A DNA stretch of 64,000 bases from Azolla caroliniana (Eukaryota; Plantae; Polypodiophyta): NCBI GenBank assembly GCA_043228905.1, contig JBHGNT010000001.1:18786001-18850000 (forward strand), written 5' to 3'. The position numbers and the translations under genes were made by a program. Each line of letters starts with the position of its first letter. Within the stretch, counting starts at the first letter, position 1. The notes under the pieces are model-generated. The model had not been told where the DNA came from and made no database searches. It saw nothing but the letters and a program-made list of their open reading frames with translations. Shown here piece after piece: positions 26,172-36,902 of this stretch.

Positions 26172-27030
26172 GCCACTCTACACTGAGGGGCCGCTACTGT
26201 GCGTTCCAAGCATCATCAAAGAGCTGCTCAATCTGACGGGGTTCTCTTCTCTGTGACACTCTACACTCAGGGGCCACTACTGTGCATTCCAAGCATCATC
26301 AAAGAGCTGTTCAATCTGACGGGGTTCTCTTCTCTGTGCCACTCTACACTCAGGGGCCATTACTGTGCGTTCCAAGCATCATCAAAGAGCTGTTCAATCT
26401 GAGGGGGTTCTCTTCTCTGTGCCACTCTACACTCAGGGGCCATTACTGTGCGTCCCAAGCATCATCAAAGAGCTGTTCAATCTGAGGGGGTTCTCTTCTC
26501 TGTGCCACTCTACACTCAGGGGCCGCTGCTGTGCGTTCCAAGCATCATCAAAGAGCTGTTCAATCTGGCGGGGTTCTCTTCTCTTTGCCACTCTACACTC
26601 AGGGGTTGCTACTGTGCGTTCCAAGCATAATCAAAGAGCTATTCAATCTGACGGGGTTCTCTTCTCTTTTCCACTCTCACTCAGGGGCCGCTACTGTGCG
26701 TTTCAAGCATCATTGGTAACTGTTCAATCTGACGGGGTTCTCTTCTCTTTTCCACTCTCACTCAGGGGCCGCTACTGTGCGTTTCAAGCATCATTGGTAA
26801 CTGTTCAATCTGACGGGGTTCTCTTCTCTATGCCACTCTATTCTCAAGTGCCTTCTATGTGCGTTTCAAGCATCATCGGTAACTGTTCAATCTGACGGGG
26901 TTCTCTCCTCCATTGCCATCATTCTATACTCAGTTGCCACTATTGTCCAGTCCCGGATTGCTTCCACATTTCGATTTGACGGAGTTCACTCATCCAACGG
27001 CAACATTCTACACTCAGTTGTTGCCATTGG
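26172..27030 (+). repeat. 83-bp tandem repeat, ~10 units, decaying rightwards
   Basis: Unit GCCACTCTACACTCAGGGGCC..TGTGCGTTCCAAGCATCATCAAAGAGCTGTTCAATCTGACGGGGTTCTCTTCTCTGT; period shown by ORF starts 26199/26282/26365/26448/26531. Confidence 0.93.
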
Positions 27031-27242
27031 TCGGTCTTGGATCGCCTCCTCAATTGTTGGATCCAACAGAGTGAAATCCTCTACTGTTCGGTCTTGGATT
27101 GCAATAACTTTTCTGTCTATTGATTATCTTGTGTATTGTTGTGTCTAATCTTGTGTATTGTGTGGAATATTTTTGTGTATTGTTGTTGCCCATAGCCATC
27201 TTTAATACTTGTTTTTTTTTTCTGGAAATTTAGGGTTTTAAC

Positions 27243-30200
27243 ATGTCTAGCCAAATGGAAGGGGAAGAAGGGTGTTTAGAATTACCCCTCAATGATCATA
27301 AGGATAGGGATGATGTTATCAGGACACAACAAGCCATACGAAACTATTGGGCAGAAAAAAAAAGGAAACATCGTCAATTGTTGAAGGATACGAAAGCCAC
27401 ACTCAGTAAAGGTAAGGATAGTTTAGCTGAGAATGTAAGTAATGCGACTACCATCATAGCGAGAAAGGTTGTAGACTATTTCAATGTTCAAACCAAGCAC
27501 ATCAGCAATGAAGAAAAGAAGGTAGTACTTTATGGAATATGTAATGATCCATCGATAAAGGACTTAGTTGATTGTGATGGTCTTAATGCAAACATATCAT
27601 CTATTTTAGTAAATAATCTTCGTAATAGTTTCGTATCCATGAGCAGGTCAGAAGATGATCTTGTCTTAAAAAGGTCTAGTCTAATGATGTTACTTAATAG
27701 TGATGTTGACGATATAAACATCAGTGAGCTATCTAAGGTAATTGGTGTTAGTAGAAAAACAGTGTACAATACAATGAACCGTATAATTTCCTCGGGTGAA
27801 GGAACTAGTCTACTAAAGCTAACTACAAGATGTAAGCCAATGACACCCATAACATTTGAAATCAAGGATGTAATCACAATGTTTTGGACTAATGAGAGTA
27901 GGGTTTCACCCAATAAAAAGGATTTATGCAGGAAACGTGTTGGAAGAAATCAATACGAGGAGCATCCCATTCATCTTCTTGATGTACCTCAGGTATTTAC
28001 ATTTATCTCAACATTTGTTTTGACTCTACTCGGAAAGTTAATTAGCTCAGTTAGCAGAAAAGCTAATTAGCTTATCAGTTACATTTACCTAAGTTAGCTA
28101 CTAGGATCGCTACTACATAGGTAACTAGCTACTCTCAATAGTTACTACCATGATAGCTAATTAGCTATTCTCAATAGCTAATTTAGGTACTACCAGATAA
28201 TTAGCTGTACTGCTAGCTAGTTAGCTATCATGGTAGCTAGTTAGCTATTTCGTTATTACCAGCTAATTAGCTACTAGGAAAGCTAATTAGCTACCATGAT
28301 AGCTAATTAGCTACTATGATAGCTACTACATAGGTAACTGGCTACTCTCAATAGCTACTACCATGATAGCTAATTAGTTAGGATAGCTAATTAGCCACCA
28401 TTATAGCTAATTAGCTACTAGACCAGCTAATTAGCTACCATGATAGCTAATTAGTTACTAGGACAGCTAATTAGCCACCATGATAGCTAATTAGCTACCA
28501 TGATAGCTAATTAGCTACTAGACCAGCTAATTAGCTACCATGATAGCTAATTAGTTACTAGGAAAGCTAATCAGCCACCATTATAGCTAATTAGCTACTA
28601 GACCAGCTAATTAGCTACCATGATAGCTAATTAGCTACTAGACCAGCTAATTAGCTACCATGATAGCTAATTAGTTACTAGGAAAGCTAATTAGCCACCA
28701 TGATAGCTAATTAGCTACTAGACAAGCTAATTAGCTACCATGATAGCTAATTAGTTACTAGGAAAGCTAATTAGCCACCATGATAGCTAATTAGCTACTA
28801 GAGCAGCTAATTAGCTACCATGATAGCTAATTAGCTACTAGGACAACTAATTAGCTACTAGGACAGCTAATTAGCTACCATGATAGCTAATTAGCTACTA
28901 GAATAGCTAATTAGCTACCATGATAGCTAATTAGCTACTACGACAGCTAATTAACTACCATAATAGCTAATTAGCTACTAGGACAACTAATTAGCTACTA
29001 GGACAGCTAATTAGCTACCATGATAGCTAATTAGCTACTAGAATAGCTAACTAGCTACTAGAATAGCTAACTAGCTACTAGAATAGCTAATTAGCTACTA
29101 GGATAGTTAGCTAGTTACGAGAATAACTAATTCCCCTTTATTACGCAGGTCGATTTATTTATTAGGTTCAAACGAATGCATCCAACTATCAAAGTTCAAC
29201 TACGAACATTCGAGTCTCTTAAGCCACACTTTGTGAGACGCTTAAAGGATCGATACACATGTTGTTGCATTTACCATGTACAGATGGGTTTTCTGAAGGA
29301 CTCTGTTAATCTACTACGTCACCATAGCGCATCCCTAACTAATACAGTTTGCACATGTGGGTGCCCAATCTGTCGATCAAGCCTGCAAGAGGAGTGTAAA
29401 TCATCTGTGCACGTTATCTCTTCCATGAGTTATTTATTAGATTCAATATTGTGTCCGAGAGAAACTGACGCTATCTTCCATATTCATAAATGTGTCATGG
29501 GTTTATGTCAAGATTGTGGCCCTACTAGATTTAGGTGGTGTCCAAATGAATTGAGTAGTGAAATATTGATCTCTGTGAAGTTATTTGAGTCAGTGAACAC
29601 CAATTTCGAAGGAAAGGTGTGTAAAAGAAAGGATCTAGTTCGGAAGATGCTTAAACCAAGGGATTTGGTGTCTCTGTTTGTAGTATCTCTAGGAAAGTTC
29701 ATTAAACACAACTTCATTTATTCATGGCAGGCCCATCAGTTTAAGACTTGCATATCTGATTTCCCAAATGATGTAGTAGTCTCAGTAGTAGATTTCGCAG
29801 AGAATTATACTTTCAAGCAGCAGAATGAAATTCAATCTATGCATTGGTGTTCAGTTCAGGTAACCATTTTTGTGCACATAACATATTTTCGAGTTTCAGG
29901 TGATGTTAAAAAAGTAATTCATTTCTTTATTTCCGATGATAAGAAGCATGATACCTTGTTCGTCCAACACTGTTTTAAGTTACATTGGCAGTGGTTATTA
30001 GCTCAACGTTTGGAGCTTACTCAACATTGGGTCTGGTCTGACGGAGCTGCGTCACAATTCAAGGCTCGACGTCCATTTTATTTTGTGGGGAGGTATCCTG
30101 CTATAACAGGTTTGGAGATGAGATGGAATTTTTTTGGGTCTGGCCATGGTAAAGGTGAACATGATGGTGCAGGGGCTGTTATAAAGCGGGCACTTACCCA

Positions 30201-30990
30201 TGAACAACTAAAGACAGATGGTGTGCACATGAATTGTGCATCACATGTAGTTGAATTTTTAAGAACAAATATGTCGACGAGTGCCACAGGTGTTTATTCC
30301 TCGCAAGTTCGAGATATCAAACGTGAATTTTGGGAAGTGAAGATAGATGAAGTAAATAGGGAGAAGACCTGGGAGTGCCAAGGAATTCCCGAATTGCGAT
30401 CTCTGCATGCTATTCGCGGTTATTCCAGGTTGGATGGTCATTGTATTGCGGTTAGAGAATTGACTTGTTTTTGCTTCCATTGTGTGCAGGGAAATTGGAG
30501 ATATTGTCTAAACAAAGCATACATTCAGAATTGGGAGTATCACACTCTGAATGATAAGGAAGCAGTTGATGGAGAAACAGGGCAGAATGCTGACTTCACA
30601 TATGAGGGACTTGGAGATACTTTGAGTGATGTCCTGAACGTTGGGGATAACTTTGCTGTAAATGCTGAAGAAGGCAATTCAGAGGGTGCTGATTTCTATA
30701 TATTAAAGTGCACGGTTAGTAAACAGTGTGCAAGGCAGAATATTGTAGATGCATGGGGAAATTTTGTATCTGCCGGGACATTCTACATCGAAGGCATTTT
30801 TTATGCAAAACTAGATGACTACGAATATGTGTACAGGCTGTTAGAAGACAAACCAGCGGCGTATATGTACTCTCATTTGGTCAGATGCATCAACGTCCCA
30901 ATGTCAGAATACAATAGCTGCTCCGGTTTATACATTGTTGGTGCTAATGTGTATGAATGTATTTACAATAGTATGCCATGGAATTTGTAG
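27243..30990 (+). CDS. Sola2-like DDD transposase, 2 exons (27243-27992 + 29149-30990), ~863 aa
   Basis: CAG|GTATTT donor and TTACGCAG|GTC acceptor join in phase 0 (HLLDVPQ|VDLFIRFKRMHP); motifs CCCIYH, VDFAENY..QSMHW..QVT, FISDDKKHD, WSDGAASQFK, WNFFGSGHGKGEHDGAGAVIKR. Confidence 0.88.
28050..29130. repeat. Intronic minisatellite built on the palindrome TAGCTAATTAGCTA (~20-bp units)
   Basis: Dozens of TAGCTAATTAGCTA + CCATGA/CTAGGA/CTAGAC units inside the transposase intron. Confidence 0.95.
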
Positions 30991-31337
30991 CTACAAGTAG
31001 CACTTACCATGTTCTCTTGTAAAACAAACATGTATTTCGCGAAAACAGATCAATAAATTCGTTTGGAATCAATTTCTTGTATACAGTCTGCTTTCTGTGC
31101 TTCTTTCTCAATAAAATCATGTCTTTTTTGTTAAGTTTTAAGTTATAAGTTATAGCGAAATAGTCATCAGTAGCTAATTAGCTGTACAAATGCAGCTAAT
31201 TAGCTGTCAATAGCTAAATAGTCATCAATAGAATGAAATCAACAATCTGCAACATATTCCTCAAATTACACAGTAGATAAGTACAGTGGGAACAAGTAAT
31301 TAAATTCTTCATTGAATAATGTCATCTCTTTACATAT

Positions 31338-32432
31338 TTATAAATTACCATTGGAAATGTCTACAAATCTCCTATAAACAACTAAGCTCTTGCTAGTCAG
31401 TGGAACGAGTCTACATATATTATCCGCATATTGAGCTCGGTATGGAGTCCACAACCATGCACCTAGTTGGCAGCTCACTGTTTGCACCAGGTACTGTTCA
31501 GGCATTTCCTCGGGTAGAATGAGACAGCATCTCCGAATATTGAAGTAGTGTCGGAAATGTTCTGTATCCAAAATCAATGTATTGTCGGCATTATATTCAG
31601 GCCAAGTAGCCCAAAAATCAGAAAGTCTCTTGAATCTTGCAGCTTCCATTTGCTCACAATTTTCTCGTGCCCATTGACCTTTAAAACGACTTCGCCATTT
31701 TGGGAAGAATCTTGCCAAACACTTCCACACATCTGATTTTGGTTTTTCACTCCAAATAAACAAATCAAAGTATTCCACAGCCCACTCTAGAAACTGATTT
31801 GCGTCCCTCCTTGGCTGCATATATCTCACACTCATCAAGACTTTATCAAGCTCCAGGATCAAGGCTCTTCTTTCGACTTCTAGTGGTTTAGGTTTCCATT
31901 CCTGAAACTGAGCCGCTGTTACACCATTTTCTGGTAGGATACGATCAATCTCAATCAGCTCAGGTTCGGCTGACACAACTGGTGTCCTTTTCCTCTTTAA
32001 AGCCCTAGTCGACTGTGTTGGGCCTAGCTTCACATTCTGGTGCTCTTGTTTTGTCGACTTAGTTATCAATCCTTGGATTACCTCAGTGCATGTAGCTACT
32101 GTTCTGCTCGATATCAGTCCACTGGTATCACATGCTGCATCTACCTGCAACACCAAGTCATCCGTGCTACATGCTGCATCTACCTGCAACACCAAGTCAT
32201 CCGTGCTACATGCTTGATCAACTTGTGTGACCAGATCACTTGTGTCAGTTGCTACATCTACTTTCAAGATGGGGCCCTTTAAACATGCCGCAACATCAAC
32301 AGTATCCACACTGCCATTGGCCTTACGAGCAATAGAATCAAACCCTTTAGACTCTGCAACATCAGAAAACACCAACATATTCACACTCACAAAGTAACTA
32401 ATAGTCTCACAAAACAATATCCTGAACATCAA
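31338..32432 (-). CDS. Protein with 13-aa repeats and a C-terminal degenerate FCP1/SCP-like (NIF, HAD-fold) domain; true start or splicing unresolved
   Basis: 364-codon open frame; ALILELDKVL..QFLEWAVEYFDLFIWS..WARENC..FKRLSDFW..YNADNTLILDTE follows the FCP1-homology pattern LLVLDLDxTL..EFL..F.V.IW(T/S)..W.R..C..KDL..NTILIDD. Confidence 0.7.
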   Translation of the reverse strand: MMFRILFCETISYFVSVNMLVFSDVAESKGFDSIARKANGSVDTVDVAACLKGPILKVDVATDTSDLVTQVDQACSTDDLVLQVDAACSTDDLVLQVDAACDTSGLISSRTVATCTEVIQGLITKSTKQEHQNVKLGPTQSTRALKRKRTPVVSAEPELIEIDRILPENGVTAAQFQEWKPKPLEVERRALILELDKVLMSVRYMQPRRDANQFLEWAVEYFDLFIWSEKPKSDVWKCLARFFPKWRSRFKGQWARENCEQMEAARFKRLSDFWATWPEYNADNTLILDTEHFRHYFNIRRCCLILPEEMPEQYLVQTVSCQLGAWLWTPYRAQYADNICRLVPLTSKSLVVYRRFVDISNGNL

Positions 32433-32602
32433 AGAGTTTCAGTCATAGAACAACACTCTTCAAATTATCTTGGAAAAACATCATAGAGTTCCATTACATA
32501 ATGTGGATCAAGCAACAACCAATCTGAGGTTTTACTTGTCCAACAGGATAGTAAAACTTCATAAAACCCTAGCAAAATCCCTAAGCTAACAATCATATCC
32601 AA

Positions 32603-35600
32603 CTAAACAGTATTTCGCTCCACTACGTCTGGGCCCCTTGACCGAGTAACTGGTCTTGTTCCCGATCGTGGCCCCTTCTTCAGCCTTTTTCTGGTTGGTT
32701 CCCCATTTAGCCTTGCTTCTAGGACCCAATGCGCAAGTGTGTCCTCCTCCGACAACCTTCCCATCGCCTCAGCAGCTAATTGCACATCAGCCGTTTCTTG
32801 AACTAGCTTTTCAAGTACAGAGGGATCTGTTTGGACATTTTCAGTAGTTGGGCTCGGTGGGGTGGAATCAAGGTCTTGAGACTCGAAGAAATGTTGCATC
32901 AAGTGTTCATAAACACTGTTGTTGTGAACCTCAGTTTTACATGTTGTTTCCACTATTTCATGGCATTTCACATCGTTGCCTAATTCAGTACACTGTTCCA
33001 AAAGAATAGGGTGCAGCTGATCTGAAGGAGATGTGATAGCAGGACTCTTACTTTCAGCCACATTGGTAGTAGTATCCTCATCTGTTGCAGCATCATCAGC
33101 ACCAGACACATCATGTGCCGTCCTTAATCCACAAGATTCTACAATAACATGACAGTTATTTAGGATAGCTAATTAGCTACTTTACTAAACTATGGTAGAA
33201 GCTAGGATAGCTAATTAGCTAGTACGATAGCTAATTAGCTAGTATGATAGCTAATTAGGTACTTTACTCAACTATGGTAGTAGTTAGGATAGCTAATTAG
33301 GTACTTTACTCAACTATGGTAGTAGTTAGGATAGCTTATTAGCTACTAGGACAGCTAATTAGCTGCCAGTAGCTAATTAGCTACTAGGATAGCTAATTAG
33401 CTGCCAGTAGCTAATTAGCTACTAGGATAGCTTATTAGCTACTTTACACAACTATGGCAGTAGCTACTAGGATAGCTAATTCGCTAGGATAGCTAATTCG
33501 CTAGTAGGATAGCTAATTAGTTGCCAGCAACTAATTAGCTAGTAGGATAGCTAATTAGCTACTAGGATAGCTAATTAGTTGCCAGTAGCTAATTAGCTAG
33601 TAGGATAGCTAATTAGGTACTTTACTCAACTATGGTAGTAGCTAATTAGCTAGTAGGATAGCTAATTAGCTACTAGGATATCTAATTAGCTGCTAGTAGC
33701 TAATTAGCTACTAGGATAGCTTATTAGCTACTTTACACAACTATGGCAGTAGCTAATTAGTTACTAGGATAGCTAATTAGTTGCCAGTGGCTAATTAGCT
33801 AGTAGGATACCTAATTAGCTTTTTTACACAACTATAGTACTAGCTAATTAGCTAGTACCATAGCTAATTACCTACTAGGATAGCTAATTAGCTAGTAGGA
33901 TAGCTTATTAGCTACTTTACACAACTATAGTAGTAGCTAGGATAGCTAATTAGCTACTATGGTAGCTAATTAGCTACTTTACTCAACTATGGTAGTAGCT
34001 AGGATAGCTAATTAGCTACTTTACTAACTATGGTAGTAGCTAGGATAGCTAATTAGCTACTTTACTAACTATGGTGGTAGCTAGGATAGCTAATTAGCTA
34101 CAATGAAAGCTAATTAGCTACTTTCTCAACTATGTAGTAGCTAGGATAGCTAATTAGCTGCCAGTAGCTAATTAGCTACTAGGATAGCTTATTAGCTACT
34201 TTACACAACTATGTCAGTAGCTTATTAGCTACTATGATAGCTAATTAGCTAGTAGGATAGCTAATTAGTTGCCAGTAGCTAATTAGCTACTAGGATAGCT
34301 AATTCGCTAGTAGGATAGCTAATTAGTTGCCAGTAGCTAATTAGCTAGTAGGATAGCTAATTAGTTGCCAGTAGCTAATTAGCTAGTAGGATAGCTAATT
34401 AGCTTTTTTACACAACTATGGTACTAGCTAATTAGCTAGTACCATAGCTAACTAGCTACTAGGATAGCTTATTAGCTACTTTACACAACTATGGCAGTAG
34501 CTAATTAGTTACTAGGATAGCTAATTAGTTGCCAGTGGCTAATTAGCTAGTAGGATAGCTATTTAGCTTTTTTACACAACTATGGTACTAGCTAATTAGC
34601 TAGTACCATAGCTAATTAGCTACTAGGATAGCTAATTAGCTAGTAGCTCATTAGCTGCCAGTAGCTAATTAGCTAGTAGGATAGCTAATTAGAAAAGACT
34701 AAGCTTATTAGCTACAGTATGGTATACCTGTTTGTTTTCTCCACTCATTTGGTAGAGTTGTACTGCAATCTCCCAAACAGAATGCAGCAATTCGACAGGC
34801 ATGTTGAAAACAAAGCAGATGGTATGTGTGGTTGCATGGTTGTAGGTGAACCAACAAAGACGCAGTTTTGTCCTCCACACCTAACCCGCAAGCGATGCAA
34901 CGTGCTTGAACTGTCAATAAATCATTTTCTGGTTCTACTTCATTTGGTAAGGGAGCAAGAATGTTCAGGTCCAAATCCTGTCTGGTCCTTACCATTCCCT
35001 CCACAAAATGTAGCTTCTTCTTAAGGCAGCTAACTACCTGTTCTTGATGAATGTATTGTTCCTTCAACGCAACAGAGAAATTTACCGATTAATTATTCTT
35101 GTTGTTGAAAGATACACCAACTTTGCTCAGGAATCGTTAACTTACTTGAAGCTTATCCAAATTGTAATCTGCAACAGTATTTACACCTAGAAGGTCCAGG
35201 TTCATTGAAAGAACCTGGATCTCTATTTGCAGTTCTATTTTACGCTGGGGATCTAGTGGCCCCTCTAATTCAAGCTCCTGTTGCGCAACCTATTCCAGAT
35301 AATGCTTGATTAGCACATTTTACCCGTTATTTATAACACAATCACATACCAGCAAAACAATAGTTACCTGAATCTTATTTCTAATTGTTGTAATAGCAGA
35401 AGTAACTTTGCTCTCCATTGCAGAAGCCATTGTGGCTTTCTCTAAATCAGTCTTAAAAAATGCCAATGTCTCACAGGCTTCATGGACATTTTTTAGCATA
35501 TAGCTAACCAATGTCTCACCTGTATCATCGACATTGGCTTTCCTTGGGTGTCGGTGTGGTGTATGCCCCCGGTCTTGCTGGGAGTCGGCAGTTGCATCAA

Positions 35601-36902
35601 CAACTGCCATGCTCCAAAATCTGTCTATTTTTTGTGCCAAGGTCCCCATCTTTCGGCATCTTTTTACCGATGCCTCACCATAGACTGCCCAAGCTACCCT
35701 ATACATTTCAGGGTCTCTAGATTCCTTCGCTGTTTTGCAGTACTCATATGCAAATGCTCTAGCAAATGAAACTGACAACTCATTGTTGACTGGGATCTCC
35801 TGATGAACTTTCTGGTGCAGTCTCATGCAGTCATCGTACAAGTCGGCTCGTACATGCTTCAGCTTGACCTTGCCTTTGACTCTAGGCACTGTATATACTG
35901 TCATCCGGTCTATATCACTGATCAATTTATCACTTAGGACAGCAGGGTCAACACCCTCGAGTGACAGACCATAGGTGTTGTGGAAGTCCTCCTTTGTCTC
36001 GCAAAATTTTGCGAAGTTTAGCACTCTCGTATACGGAGGAACGAGCCATCTGAAATATCATTTCAGAAATCAGAAATAGTGCAAAATCAGAATATGTGAG
36101 AATCAAAAACCCCAATCAACAACAACAAAAATGGTGCAAAATCTTTAACTTAGCAAATCAGAAACCCTAATCATAATTTGTATTCAGAAATTTGAAATCA
36201 GAAACCCTAATCAAAATCTGTAATCAGAAGTTTGAAATCAGAAACCCTAATCAAAATCTGTAATCAGAAGTTTGAAATCAAAAACCCTAATCAAAATCTG
36301 TAATCAGAAGTTTGTAACCAGAAACCTTATTCAAAAATTCTAATCAGAAATTTATAATCAAAAACCCTAATCAGAAATTTCAATCAGAAACCCTAATAAA
36401 AAATTTCAATCACAAACCCTAATCAGAAATCCTAAGCAGAAATTTATAAACAAAAACCCTATTCAGAAATTCTAATTTGTAATCAAAATTTGTAACCAGA
36501 AACCCTATTCAGAAATTCTAATCAGAAATTTATAATCAAAAACCCTAATCAGAAATTTCAATCACAAACCCTAATCAGAAATTTCAATCACAAACCCTAA
36601 TCACTAAAGACAGGATTAAACACAAAAAAAGTAATATAAACACACCTGTTGCTACTCCCCGATTTGCGAGATATCCTTGTATGGGACTCCAAGGACTTCG
36701 CCCTATTCGATTTTGGGGAAATATGAATCGGCACCAAAGTTCAGACAGTAGTCAAAAAGAAAAAACAAATGTTTGGGGTTTCTGTAACTGAAACATACCT
36801 GGACGATGATCGAGCGGGTTCTGTGTTGTAGCTCTCAATCTGCAATGTCGATTTTTTGCTGTTGCGGGAGCTACGTCTGCGTTCGTGCTCTGAGTACTCC
36901 AT
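32603..36902 (-). CDS. Six-exon gene (~618 aa): unknown N-terminal domain, coiled coil, RING-H2-like finger, acidic tail
   Basis: Exons 36902-36799, 36702-36646, 36049-35368, 35289-35146, 35061-34728, 33138-32603; all GT-AG and phase-compatible with no stop; RING-like CIAC..PCNHTYHLLC..C...C. Confidence 0.75.
33165..34715. repeat. Second TAGCTAATTAGCTA palindrome array filling intron 5 of the RING gene
   Basis: ~1.5 kb of TAGCTAATTAGCTA units with CTAGGA, GCCAG, TTTACACAACTATGG linkers, bounded by splice sites at 34727 and 33139. Confidence 0.95.
36155..36605. repeat. Degenerate ~20/40-bp tandem repeat containing AAACCCTAAT (telo-box-like) in intron 2 of the RING gene
   Basis: Repeats of GAAACCCTAATCAAAATCTGTAATCAGAAGTTTGAAATCA. 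Confidence 0.85.

Noticed and set aside
26199-26895. Repetitive ORFs (MRSKHHQRAVQ..)
   Set aside because: Products of the 83-bp repeat cycling through frames
26172-27030. CRISPR-like array
   Set aside because: Units are contiguous near-identical 83-mers with no unique spacers; no cas genes; eukaryotic context
36155-36605. Telomere or interstitial telomeric array
   Set aside because: AAACCCTA occurs singly within longer units, not as (TTTAGGG)n
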